Source: Marsupella aquatica (Eukaryota; Plantae; Marchantiophyta). From it: DNA of 64,000 nucleotides. The stretch covers positions 2,223,324-2,287,323 of the forward strand of contig OZ316891.1 in the NCBI GenBank assembly GCA_973895155.1, given 5' to 3'. The notes beneath the pieces were generated by a model. It was not told the origin of the DNA. It was given only the letters and a program-made list of their open reading frames with translations, and ran no database searches. Within the stretch, counting starts at the first letter, position 1; each line of letters begins with the position of its first letter. This document shows, one piece after another, positions 25,590-39,200 of this stretch. Both the position numbers and the translations under genes were made by a program.

Positions 25590-28500
25590 TTATGCTAGCT
25601 GTATGTGATACTTGGCATTGTTTTCCATAGTATCATGGAAATCAACTTCCATATATTCACTGACCACCCTTGTAGACCTGGATTCTTTGTGGAGGACTGT
25701 CCTCCATGCAATCCCCTTCTCATTCGGGTAAAAGAACACTTGCTCTAACTGCCGTGGGAATACATAGTCCATTCTTTTGGAAGCACCAAGCTCCTTCTGA
25801 AAATTCACCTACCAAAGGCCAGACTCTGAATACCTCATACTTGCAGAGGCTTTAGGAGTCCAAGATGGGTTTGCCCATCGCCCTTTGAAAAGGACCACTT
25901 CCTTTCTCAATCCCCCATAGTTTAGTACTAATATGTCTGTCAACACTCCCACATACTGCACTAACTCATCTATTGTTGCACCTGCTCTATTCACTCGCTT
26001 CTCAGTGAATGTAGAAGCCATCCCAGAATCAAATGTCTTGAACCCAGAAGAGTCACAGTCAATCAAAGAGCCAAGTGATGGAACGGTTCTCCAATGATGC
26101 CCGTAGGCTCTGCAGGCCTTATATTGCAACACCTTCAAACTAGGTGGTACACTGTACCCTGTCAGCACAGATCTTTGAACCTCATCCTCAAAATGGTGGG
26201 ACCTAATTGAAGCTTCAAACCATTCTGTGAAAGGAGGTAACTCTCTCAAATCAGAGGGATACTGTACAGGACGCTTTCGATTCCCTAGATTCTTCATCCA
26301 TTCTTTCCTGATTTCTGCTCTACGCTTGGTGATGACCTCATTGGCATCATCATAAATCCTACATGCATGGCAACAATTACCAATGTCAACTTCTAGTCCC
26401 ACACAAACAACAAAACATTTTAGACTATTGACTGTCAATTAATAATCATAATGATAATCAACATGCCTCAATGGACCAAGCTCATACCTGTACCATGGTT
26501 TCACTTGCTCTTCATTCTCCAGTATGTAATGATGCATAGCTATCATTTCACTCCATTGCATGGTTCTCTCTTTTGCAGCTCCTTCCAAGACAATGCCTGC
26601 AACACCAGGATCCTCCTCCAAGTCCCATGTTCTCTTTCCTGTCCCTTTAGCATCTATCATGTACTCAGAAAGGAATCCTATGGATTCATCTAGAATGTAG
26701 CCTTCAGCCATGGAAGCCTCTGGACGTGCCTTGTTTCAAACAAAACCTTTCAAGGTCTTCAGATGCCTTTCTATTGGATACATCCATCTAATGTTCACTG
26801 GGCCACATAGGTCTAGTTCCTCCACTACATGAATCATCAAGTGGGTCATCACATCAAAGAAACTTGGTGGGAAGTGAATTTCCATAATGCAAAGTGTGAA
26901 TGCAACATCCATCATCAGGTCATTGTACTGTGAAGGATCCCAAACCTTGGCACAGATGTTACGCCACACATTGCTCACCCTAGCAATGGCCAAGCGAACA
27001 CCTTCATCAAGTAATCCCATAGTTGCCAACGGGATAATTTGTTGCATGAGGTGATGGAAATCATGAGATTTCAACCCAGATAACTTCTTCTTGACTGTAA
27101 CACACCTAGCCAGAGAACTAGCAAAACCAGTGGGCCCTTTGAAGGTCAACAATACCTCCAAGAACTTTGTCTTCTCACTCTTACTCAAGCAATATGGGGC
27201 TGGTGGCATGACCTTAGGACCTTTTGGATCCTTATTCGGTACAAGCCACAGGTGTTCTCGCACTTGCAGGTCTTTCATGTCCTCTCGAACAGCAGGAGTA
27301 TCCTTAGTTCCCAGGATAGTATGTACAATGTTGTGGGCAAGATTCTTCTCACAGTGCATTGGATCAAGACAATGGTTGATGAGAAGTTGCTGCATTAGAC
27401 AGTGCAATACAAAGTGAGTTAGAATCAAGAATGCAGAACTTTACTGCATAGGAGTACACAAACTAAGTGGATTGGACAATTAGGAACCAGATACTTACAC
27501 TCCAGTAAGGCAACTTGTATAATCCAGTAGCCCTCTTCACTCCATGCGTCTTTATTGGAGAATCATCATCATCAAATTTATTCCCTGCTTTCTTTTTCAC
27601 ATACGCAGTTGTCTCCTCTCCCCAATGTAGCCTGTCAGAGCTGGACATTCTACATGGTGTAGGTTCTGCCTCAACCTCCCCATCAAAGTATTTTGCCACT
27701 TCTTGACTGCGAAAAGGATGCCTAGGTGGTAACCATCGACGATGGCCAGCAAACAGTAACTTTTTCAAGTGTGAAGAACCTTGTGCCATGCATTTTGGCC
27801 CACAAACAACACATCCTCTATACCCTGCATGTTGTTGGCCAGAAACTAAACCATATGCAGGGTAATCATTGATTGTCCACAATACCGAAGCCCTTAGCTT
27901 GAATTGTTGAGGCAATCCAGGCCTTGGTAGAACATCAAAACAATCCACTCCTTCTTTCCATAGTGTCACAAGCTCATCCACAACTGGAGCCATGTATATA
28001 TCAAACTGCTCCTCAGTTACTGACTCAGGGCCCGGAATTAGAAGAGCCAGCATGACAAAGAATTTTTTTGTGGTAAGCCAAGGAGGGATATTATAATTCA
28101 GCAGCAAGATTGGCCAGGTAGACCAAGCAGTGGAATTATTCCCAAATGGATTTACCCCATCAAGTGCCAATCCCATTCGGACATTCCTTGGCTCAGCAGC
28201 AAAACCAAGGTCGATCTCTGTATCCACATGTTTCCATGCCTTTGAATCTGCTGGATGCCGGACCATGTTGTCCTTGCTCTTGTTCTCATGATGCCAAGTC
28301 ATGAGTTTAGAAGTCCCTTTCGTGGCATACAATCTCTTCAATCGAGGGATTATAGGGAAATATCTCAACACCTTCACAGGCTGTTTTGAATTCCCCACTA
28401 ACTTCATCTTTGGCTGGCCACACTTGGAACAATTTTCCAAGTGCGCAGTGTCACCTCTAAATAACATACATCCATTTTCACATACTGGGATTCTCTCATA

Positions 28501-29373
28501 ATCTAAACCTAGTTTCCGCAGTAATTGTTTCGCAGCATATAGGTTCTTAGGGAGAGTGTGCTCTGTTGGCATTCCATGCTCAACCAACAAAGACAGCATG
28601 GCATTCACTCCCGTGTTTGAGAAACGATTGTTGTGACAAATGTTCAAGAACAACAACATAAAAGAAACTACATCTATCTTACTCCCTGGATATAAAGGTC
28701 GCATGGCCTCTTCTAAAGACCCTTGGACAGGCACAGGGTCTATTGGAGGTCCTGAGAGATTTGTGCCCTCATGATTGGCCTCAGTAGAGGCTGTATCTGC
28801 CTCATTCTGCTCATTCTGATCGTTTTGATCATTCTCATCATTCTGAAACATTGAGTCTAAATCAAAAGGAGCTACGTTATCCACAAATTCATCACTTTCT
28901 TCAGAAGCTCTAGCCATTGTCTCCTCAAGTAAAGCTCTGACCTGCTGTTCAACATCTATTGTAGGGTGGTCTGTGTGGGTTGCCTCAGGGCAATTTCCTG
29001 CCTTCAATGCCTCAGGGCAATTTCTAGCTTTCAATGCCTGAGGGCCATAGTGGCGTATATAATCAGTTCTCCACTCCTCATCAGAAGAGTCCTGACCCTC
29101 TCCTACCCAGACTCTACAAGCAGGGTAGCGACCATGCTTAACAAGATGTTGTCGAGTAGTCTTTCGAGTGGTCTTATAATTCCCTTTGCATCGCATGCAA
29201 GGGCAATACATTCTATGATCAGCACTACCAGCACAGGCTCTCTGTTCTCGGGCCCATAAATTATCATCTCGACGTTGGATTCGACTCGGATCGAAGGAAG
29301 GCACAGTTGGATGGTGAACTGCCTCTGTTGTATGTCCAGTGTTGCGTGACCCAGCCTGGCTAGAAGAAGCCAT
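25590..29373 (-). pseudogene. Tnp2/TnpD-family transposase of the inner CACTA (at least 3 exons, two in-frame stops)
   Basis: CPCMRCK..HLVKHG (transposase-associated domain), EPRNVRMGLALDGVNPF, WTINDYPAYG, LDPMHCEKN, GLKSHDFH, PPSFFDVMTH, RWMYPIER. Introns about 27498-27390 and 26487-26359. TGA at 26736-26738 in LKGFV*NKARPE and TAG at 25809-25811. Confidence 0.92.
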
Positions 29374-32300
29374 GATTGCAGCACTACCTAATCAAATACA
29401 CAATTGCACAGTTTCTTTCTTCTGTGTCATATTGCACAGCATATGAATTTGTTCTAGACCACTCCAAACCCTTCCATACTATCTTCTAGAGCATCATGTG
29501 AAGCAAATGTGTGCACAAGTGAAGGATATTGTACATACAATTGAGGTAGAGTACTCCAACTGACGTAAAGGCAGCCCCCACTTTAGCCTTCATTGACAAT
29601 AGAATAGTACATGCATGCCAACAACAGGTAAACACTGAGCATATTAGATTGGAAATCATTTACTTGGGTACACAACCTACTCCTCATAGAATATTGTAAG
29701 TGGTAATGGTTATTTGAAGGAGATTGGGAGAGAGGCAGAGCAATAAGCGAAATGCAGATGGAAATGCAAAGCAAGTGGCCAAGGGATGGCAGGAGAAAAG
29801 CAATCTATTTTGTGAATGCGGACATTCCCGAATAATGAAGGGAAGCCATGGCAAGACACAAGCCACTAAATCAATTCAAGTGAACCATCCACAGACTTGA
29901 GCAATGCACAGTAAAAATTTGACAGATGACCCATGCCACGGAAGCATATGGATTGTTCCTCAAAATTAAATGAGACTATGAGAGGACATAAGTTCATGAC
30001 CAGGAAAGACTCTCACCTTGCAGCAAGGAGATTCTCAAAGCTCACCCGTAGGTCCTTGTAGCTCCAATATCCACCTCAAATCAGAGAAACAATCTTTGAT
30101 TTTGGAAAAGGAGTTTCTTGCACAACATTACACACAGTGAGCAAAGTATATCTCCTATGAAGAGCACAATCAATTTCTTTCATATTGTCAAAGACTGTTA
30201 CAATTTGTTGTTGTTCCTACAAATAATGAGAACCTGCGTATTGATCTTGACGGACATCAATTCATTCCACTTCTTTAAATCTCACAAATATATTCCATCG
30301 ATATTTTTTGCTCTGCAGAATGGTTCTGAGCTCATAAAATGATGCACAGCCCACCCTGGGCTGAGCCAAGAACAAAAGGTAAGATTAAATTAAGCTTCCA
30401 GCTTCGGGTTTTTCCACAACCTACAGTTAGCTACATAGTTAATTACTGTAGTGATCATTTCACGCTGATCAAGATATGTGGAAACACAAGATAGGAAGCA
30501 TAGAACAAAACTGATGAAGCGAACGACAGTGATGGAGACAATACGGAATTCATGAATTAAATCAGAATCGCCCTCCAAGGGAATTAGTGAGTTTGTAGCA
30601 ACTTCGTTGAGGATTTTTGTAGAAAACGTCACCTTGGAATGAAGCACCACCACAACAAAAAGCGACCTGGAAGCAAAAGGCTATCTGCTGTCTCTTCTGA
30701 CATGGTACCTTAATTTCAGTCGATCTACGCTAAAAGCTTGCATTTTATTTTCTTCAGGTAATATCATGACAATGAGAACAAGGGACGTCTAATACCCCTC
30801 TCTCGACGCAATGAATGGCTTCGAAGTACAGGTTCATTGTATTGTATGGCATCTGGAGCCCAAATTCAAACAGGCCGAAACTCATTTTTGCCAAAACCTC
30901 TTCGAACCCAGGGCTGAGCCAGGAACATCCGAGAATGGAAAATCAATCTTATAGCAGGAAAAAAAATAGATTGAGAGAGGCACGAACATGCATGGAAACC
31001 TATACAGACCAGAATGGAAACGCCCTTCAAGCTGGGACTCTGCTCTTGGTTGATCGCTGTTGCTACTACTCGCCAGACATTGCCCTTCATTGAAACTAAA
31101 AACAAAATTTGACAGCATTGGGCAGTGTAAGTGAAAATGACAGCATTAAAAAGCAACAGCAGTCTCAAGGATTGAGGTGGGGTTTCAGGTAGCGTTGGCA
31201 CAAAAAAAAGTAAGTAGCAGATGCTAGGCCTAGTCATGGGGTAAAAAATGTCGTTGCATATGGCATTTAGAAAGCTAGAAAAACAGACAGAGGGGTCCAA
31301 AAGCATTCATGAGCTAAGCGAGAGCTCTACATAGAATATTAGCAACAAATTGAATCACAAGAAGAACAGATTACAACACACATTGCAAGCAGTAGGATTT
31401 ATATAGCATGGACAAAATACCTGGTTGCAGCCGCACTTAACCCAATCCCCGAAGCAGTAGGTAGCCGCTCCGTTCACACCCCTCCCTTGCAGCAGCGGGT
31501 CGCCCCTTCCTTGCAGGCAGCTGCTAGCAGGTCCCTGATTGCAACTCACTTGTAGTAGGTGCTTGTAGTAGAGCTCGGCCACTCGCAGGACAATGTAGTC
31601 TCGGCCACCAAGCAGGACTAAGCTGAAGGCCACCAAGCAGGACTAAACTGTGAAGGCCACCAAGAAGCAAACTATATGGCAAAAGGAGAAGCCTTCCGGC
31701 CTCGGCACAGCTCCTCTATAGCAAGCTTGCGCGCCTCCCGATGAGTACAGCCCAAAACCAAGGTCGCCTAAACCTCGATCGACTAACCAAAATGCAGAGC
31801 CGAAAGCAGAGGGAACACAAAGGCAGGATGCAGTAGAGCGAAAGGAACGCAACGTAGAGATTTAACGACAGTTGCGAGAAGGCAAGGCCCGGATCAGGCA
31901 GACTCCATACACATGTCGTCGACTATGTTAACAAATGACGGGCGTTGGAGGAAAATGCCCGAAGAAAACCCAGGCCAAACGAGGGTCCTTTGCCAAAAAG
32001 CACAATGCATAGGCGCAATAGGAGACAAAATGTGATGGCAGGACAGCCGCTGAGAACCCTGAAACTCCTTCGCACTTGTACACCCTATGATGCAGCCTAG
32101 AGGTTGCAACTAAAGTCCCCAATACAATCCCGCACTTGTGAAAGATGTTGCTTGTGAGAATGTGGTAAGTGGAACTCTACACACGATTCTGCCTTGCAAC
32201 GATAAACCCTTCATTTAAGACTATGCGCAAATGCCAGAAACCCTCGACATTCAAGATGCTCTGCCAATGTTCTTCACAAAACGGAGTCCAATGTGAGTTA

Positions 32301-32900
32301 GGTGCTTCACAAGGTTCCCGCGACTAAAGGAAGACAGTGCCAGGGCATGAGGGGATGACATGTGGACGGTGGAGATGCAACGTCCAACGGGAATGGGAAC
32401 GGGAAACAAATGCCAAATCGGGGAGAGGGAAGTGGTGGTGGTGGTGATGAAGGGGGACCCATGAAACCCCTTAAAGTAAAAGGAGGCCATGGTAACATCC
32501 CTCCCCTCATAGTCGCTTTAATATACATGTAAAATCCCCCCAAAAGCATGTCTCCAAATCCCCTGAGAGAACCGTCTCTACATTGGTAAAATAGAATTTG
32601 GTGGATGTTGTCATACTTAGACAATGACATATTAGATGACTAATGCCATCCAATTTAGTCATGGCCACATATGACCCTAATTTTTTGGCAAATCAACAAA
32701 TAGGGGTAAACTTGCAACACTTGGGGCCCTCACCGGACATGTTGCCTTAGAAGGATTAAATGACACTGCCATTGACACATGGAATGACTTGTACTATAGT
32801 CAATTGCAAATATGACATCTCACGACACTACACAAATGACCAGAAAGTTCACTCACGAGCTTATAAATGACACAACAATTTAGAAATGACTTCAAAATAC

Positions 32901-35791
32901 CATGTGGAGTGGGTACCATCCCTAATGGTCCGTTAACAGCACCAATATGGCCAATCAGCCCCCCGAGGCCCCAAGAAGTCATATTGTCCCTGGTATGCAG
33001 GACTGCACTATTGACATCATGAATGACCCCTAGTTGTGTCATTTGCTCATATGACATGCCCTCGCACTCCACAAATGACACAACCCTTTAGTCAAGCGCA
33101 CAAATGACTCTATATCCCTTGCAAATGACAAAATGCGAGTGGTTTGCACCCCTTTGGGCAAATGACCCTAAAGTCATACAACTTGGGAGTGTTTTGCCCA
33201 AGTTGGGCCATGCCCTTCCATGATGCAAAATGTGTGTGTTAAAAAGTTTTGTGGAGGCCAAGTGGAATAACTAGTGGCCAAGGGTTGCCGAGTACCCTAT
33301 CCCGCACCATGTGGAGTGGGTAGCGTCCCTGATGGCCGGCTAACAGCACCAATATGGCCAATCAGCCCCCCGAGGCCCCAAGAAGTCATATTGTCCCTGG
33401 TATGCAGGACTGCACTATTGACTTCATGAATGACCCCTAGTTGTGTCATTTGCTCATATGACATCCCCTGGCACTCCACAAATGACACAACCCTTTAGTC
33501 AAGCGCACAAATGACTCTATATCCCTTGCAAATGACAAAATGCGAGTGGTTTGCACCCCTTTGGGCAAATGACCCTAAAGTCATACAACTTGGGAGTGTT
33601 TTGCCCAAAGTTGGGTGATGCCCTGCCAAGATGCAAAATGTGTGTGTTAAAAAGTGTTGTGGAGGCCAAGTGGAATAACTAGTGGCCAAGGGTTGCCGAG
33701 TACCCTATCCCGCACCATGTGGAGTGGGTAGCGTCCCTGATGGCCGGCTAACAGCACCAATATGGCCAATCAGCCCCCCGAGGCCCCAAGCAGTCATATT
33801 GTCCCTGGTATGCAGGACTGCACTATTGACATCATGAATGACCCCTAGTTGTGTCATTTTCTCATATGACATCCCCTGGCACTCCACAAATGACACAACC
33901 CTTTAGTCAAGCGCACAAATGACTCTATATCCCTTGCAAATGACAAAATGCGAGTGGTTTGCACCCCTTTGGGCAAATGACCCTAAAGTCATACAACTTG
34001 GGAGTGTTTTGCCCAAAGTTGGGTGATGCCCTGCCAAGATGCAAAATGTGTATTTTAAAAAGTGTTGTGGAGGCCAAATGGCATAACTAGTGGCTCAGGG
34101 TGTACAAGTACCCCATCCCGCACCATGTGGAGTGGGTAGCATCCCTAATGGCCAGCTGCAATCACAGATATTGCGAATAAGCCCCCAACGACCCCAAGGA
34201 GTCATATTGTCCATGGCATGCTTGACTGCCGCATTGACATCATCAATGACTTATTTTTGTGTCATTTGCTTAAATGACACCCCTCGGCACTCCACAAATG
34301 ACAAAAACCTTTAGTCACACGCACAAATGACTCAAGATCCCTTGCAAATGACCAAATTAGAATGATTTGCACCCCTTTGGGCAAATGACTCCAAAGTCAT
34401 ACAACTTGGGAGTGTTTTGCCCAAAGTTGGGTGATGCCCTTCCATGATGCAAAATGTGTATTTTAAAAAGTGTTGTGGAGGCCAAGTGGCATAACTAGTG
34501 GCTCAGGGTGTACAAGTACCCCATCCCGCACCATGTGGAGTGGGTAGCATCCCTAATGGCCAGCTGCAATCACAGATATTGCGAATAAGCCCCCAACGAC
34601 CCCAAGGAGTCATATTGTCCATGGCATGCTTGACTGCCGCATTGACATCATCAATGACTTATTTTTGTGTCATTTGCTTAAATGACACCCCTCGGCACTC
34701 CACAAATGACAAAAACTTTTAGTCACACGCACAAATGACTCAAGATCCCTTGCAAATGACCAAATTAGAATGATTTGCACCCCTTTGGGCAAATGACTCC
34801 AAAGTCATACAACTTGGGAGTGTTTTGCCCAAAGTTGGGTGATGCCATTCCATGATGCAAAATGTGTATTTTAAAAAGTGTTGTGGAGGCCAAATGGCAT
34901 AACTAGTGGCTCAGGGTGTACAAGTACCCCATCCCGCACCATGTGGAGTGGGTAGCATCCCTAATGGCCAGCTGCAATCACAGATATTGCGAATAAGCCC
35001 CCAACGACCCCAAGGAGTCATATTGTCCATGGCATGCTTGACTGCCGCATTGACATCATCAATGACTTATTTTTGTGTCATTTGCTTAAATGACACCCCT
35101 CGGCACTCCACAAATGACAAAAACCTTTAGTCACACGCACAAATGACTCAAGATCCCTTGCAAATGACCAAATTAGAATGATTTGCACCCCTTTGGGCAA
35201 ATGACTCCAAAGTCATACAACTTGGGAGTGTTTTGCCCAAAGTTGGGTGATGCCATTCCATGATGCAAAATGTGTATTTTAAAAAGTGTTGTGGAGGCCA
35301 AATGGCATAACTAGTGGCTCAGGGTGTACAAGTACCCCATCCCGCACCATGTGGAGTGGGTAGCATCCCTAATGGCCAGCTGCAATCACAGATATTGCGA
35401 ATAAGCCCCCAACGACCCCAAGGAGTCATATTGTCGATGGCATGCTTGACTGCCGCATTGACATCATCAATGACTTATTTTTGTGTCATTTGCTTAAATG
35501 ACATCCCTCGGCACTCCACAAATGACAAAAACCTTTAGTCACACGCACAAATGACTCAAGATCCCTTGCAAATGACCAAATTAGAATGGTTTGCACCCCT
35601 TTGGGCAAATGACTCCAAAGTCATACAACTTGGGAGTGTTTTGCCCAAAGTTGGGTGATGCCCTTCCATGATGCAAAATGTGTGTTTTAGAATGTGTTGT
35701 GGAGGCCAAGTGGCATAACTAGTGGCTCAGGGTGTACAAGTACCCCATCCCGCACCATGTGGAGTGGGTAGCATCCCTAATGGCCGGCTAA
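32901..35791. repeat. Tandem array: 7 units of 407-408 bp plus a partial unit, in two sub-variants
   Basis: catgtggagtgggta at 32901, 33308, 33716, 34124, 34532, 34940, 35348 and 35756; near-identical spurious ORFs recur every 408 bp. Confidence 0.97.
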
Positions 35792-36240
35792 TCATACCCT
35801 AAACCCTAAACATATACTAAACCATAAACCTCAAAATAGTCATATGTTGTTTATCATGTCATTTATAACTTTTGGTTTGAATGACTACTAACATTTTTAA
35901 ACACTGATATTTGCATATTTGATTTATTAGTCATTAGTCACCGTCGTCTGAAATGACTTCCCATATGTGAAACACTGATATGACAGAGTTTTTGTTAATT
36001 GTGTCATTCACAAAGACTGTCCAAAATGACTACAACTCATGATTGTTGTCATTATAGCAGTCAAAGTCATTTGGCTCATTGGTTTAAATGACACTATTGC
36101 AAGTATTAGTCATTTTTTGCACCCCGTCATTTTGGACAGTCATTTCAATGTCATTTATGTTATGTCATTTACATATTTTGTCATTTGAGCACATAAGTCA
36201 TATGTGTCATAGTCATAAAAGGCCCCATTTTCTACTAGTG

Positions 36241-39200
36241 GTCTGATACAATAACATCTGGCTTCTCAGAAACAATGGAACGAGAACGTGGCACATAGGT
36301 GATGACAATTGACCACTCGGTGTCTAAGGGGTATGGAATGTAGAAACATTGCTCCAAGTGTGATGGGAAAGCAAATGGTTCTAACGTTTGCCAATGAGAT
36401 GCTTGAACACTAGTGGCACTTGTCTTCAACCGTGTAAACCCACTCTCATCTTGAAGTACAGTGCAATTTTGACCAACAAGGTTCACTTTGAACCACTTGC
36501 ACTTGAAGACATATTCCTCAAACTTTGAATGGTTGTCATATGATACCACCAAGATCTCCTCTATCTTCCCATAGTGTGGCACAACATCTCTAACAATGTT
36601 CCTGCCATGGCGGCTGCTTCTGGAGTCTTGAGAAAATTCCCCTTGAACTCCACAATCAAAAGTACGACCCCTCTTCTCATCAAGGGAAGAAACCCTGAAA
36701 TTAACAAAACCCACAAATTTTTATTACACAAAAGATACCATTAATGTAATAATCATCAAAATATGACACCCATCCCTAAATAGCCAAAACCCACATGGCC
36801 TATGGCATAAATATAGAAGCCAACATTACAGTTATGGATGTCATTAATGATAATAGAAAGTTTTTAAACAATAGAAATAACTAATCAAAATAAGATCTAC
36901 ATGAATTAATAGAGGAAGAAAGGTTAGGTACTAGTGGACCTGAAGTGTCTCCCTTGTGTCCACATAGCCGTCTTGGATGTCACCACTCTCAAAGGGCCAT
37001 AAACAATGGTCCGAACGTCATCTGTGATGGTAGGAAAGTGGGACACATCTCCTCCTTGTGTCACCATGTCATCCAACTCAAGCAACTTTTGCTTCATATA
37101 CTCATGCATCTTAGGAAAAATTCTTGCTCTTTGACTTGTTCTCTTGGCATTCTCATAAAACTCTCTCCATTTCTCCATGATATTACTATTACTCAACATA
37201 AATGTTGTCAACTGTGACCACTCTGTTGATGTCAACATGCGTGTTTTTGTGGCACCTGTTAAACGGTCCTCCTCCTCTTCTCTTTCCTCCATCCAAGTAC
37301 GTGGACAAGTAGGATCAATGGTGGCCAAGATGTTACTACAATAAAACATACTCTCTGCTGCCAAGTATCCTGTAGCTATGCTTCCCTCCACCCGTGCATG
37401 GTTACGTACATAAGCCTTCAACACCGCCATGTAACGCTCAAGCCAATACATCCATCTACAATGCACTGGACCTGCAATGGCAACCTCTCGCACAAGATGC
37501 ACAAGTAAATGAACCTGACAATCAAAGAAGGAAGGAGGAAGGGCTTTCTCCAACTTGCATACCACCTCAGCTGCCAATACCTCCATCCCAGGGATCTCTT
37601 CTACATATATCTCCTTTGAGCATATCCATCTCAACAAACGACCCAATGACCAGATGGCATCTTGCACTTCTTCACTCCCTATACCTATAATTGCCACTGG
37701 CAATATATGCTGCAATAGGCAATGATAGTCATGTGTCTTCAGATATCGTGGCCACTTGTGATTGTCCTCCATCCCAAAAGCTTTTCGAAGGTTGGCACCA
37801 TAGCCTGTAGGAAACCGCATCTCTCCTATACGGTTCCGAAATTCACGTCTTTGGCCAACACTCAACACCCAAGGTTCAGAAGGACGATTCTCCACACCTG
37901 TGATAGGATCAGTTGTCACCCAAACATCTGGATGCATTTCCATCTCCTCGCATGCCTCCCTAAAATTAGTGTCCTTCTCCCCATAAAAATGGGGTCTAAA
38001 AGATGGCGGATCTTCAACTCAGACCAATAGGGCAAAGTGGCTAGTATACTCCAGCTGGTCAAACCTGTCCTATCAAAGGTGAAGGAATCATTTGGGTCTG
38101 CCACCCTATCAGCTAGTGACTTCCAATGTGCAAAACTTGTCGCATTAGGAATTTCACGCTCATCACCAAATGGCATGTCAAAGGAGGAGAATAGAAGTGG
38201 GTCAAACCTCATCTCATGCCCCATGGGAAGAAACTTTGTATGCCCAATATAAACAATCTTTCTAATCCATGAACAATATGTGGCCATGTCCTCTAAGCTT
38301 GGGCCACAAGTAGAGCAAGCTTTGTACCCCTGAGTTTGCAATCCAGAGACAAAACCAAACCCTGCTTACATAGAAGAAATCAAACCATGCAAACTTTATG
38401 TTAGGGTTGTCACATGGGAAACAACAATAGGAACTACACATTATTGAAGGGTTGCAAATGGCATGGAAGTCATCTTACCAGGATAGTCATGCATTGTCCA
38501 ACAAATGATCCCTCTCAATTGAAAGACACGTGGAAAATCTCCTGTAATTTTCCTGCCATCATATGCCCACACTCCATTCCATAATTTTTGAAGTTCTCCA
38601 ACCAATAGTGCCAAGTAAGTGTCAAAGTTCTTCACCTTTTTTGGACCTGGGATAATCAAAGACAATAAAAGGAACCCCTTCTTCATGGATAGCCATGGTG
38701 GGAGGTTATAATTCATGACAACCACAGGCCAAACTGATGTAGGTTGCCCATTTCCTCCAAGTGAATGAGGGCTAACTCCATCAGATGCCAATCCTAGCCT
38801 CACATGGCGAGGATCATGTGCAAAGTCTGGCCATGTTGCCTCAATATGTTTGTGAGCAGGGGAGTCAACTGGCAACCGCATGACACCAGACTCTGATCGA
38901 TGAGTCTTATGCCATACCATCAACTCTGCCAAGTCAGAACACCGATACATGTGCAACAACCGAGGAATGATGGGAAACCAACGAACAGCCTTCCTTGGCA
39001 CCTTCTTTGTTAGCATGTTGGGGTCATAGCGAGGCTCATCACATGTTGTACATTGTATCATGTTTGCATTGGCCCCATGAAATAACATGCAATCATTCAC
39101 ACATGCATGAACAATATGATATTCCATGCCAATAGATGAGAGAACACTATTTGCCTCCTTCCGAGTTGCTGGCAACACATTCTCAGTGGGTAACATAAGG

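Larger units (their letters stand above)
21199..36240 (-). mobile_element. Inner CACTA (En/Spm) DNA transposon, 15,042 bp
   Basis: Left CACTAGTACAAAATAGGGTTCTAAAAGACT, right-end reverse complement CACTAGTAGAAAATGGGGCCTTTTATGACT; TSD GTC (21196-21198 and 36241-36243); AATGAC/GTCATT-rich subtermini; Tnp2 and TnpA-like genes. Confidence 0.95.

Noticed and set aside
32800-35538. Repeated 63-93 aa ORFs (MSFVEC..., MAQGVQVP...) as a tandem gene family or CRISPR-like array
   Set aside because: They are by-products of the 408-bp repeat; there are no unique spacers, and the ORFs switch strand between variants.
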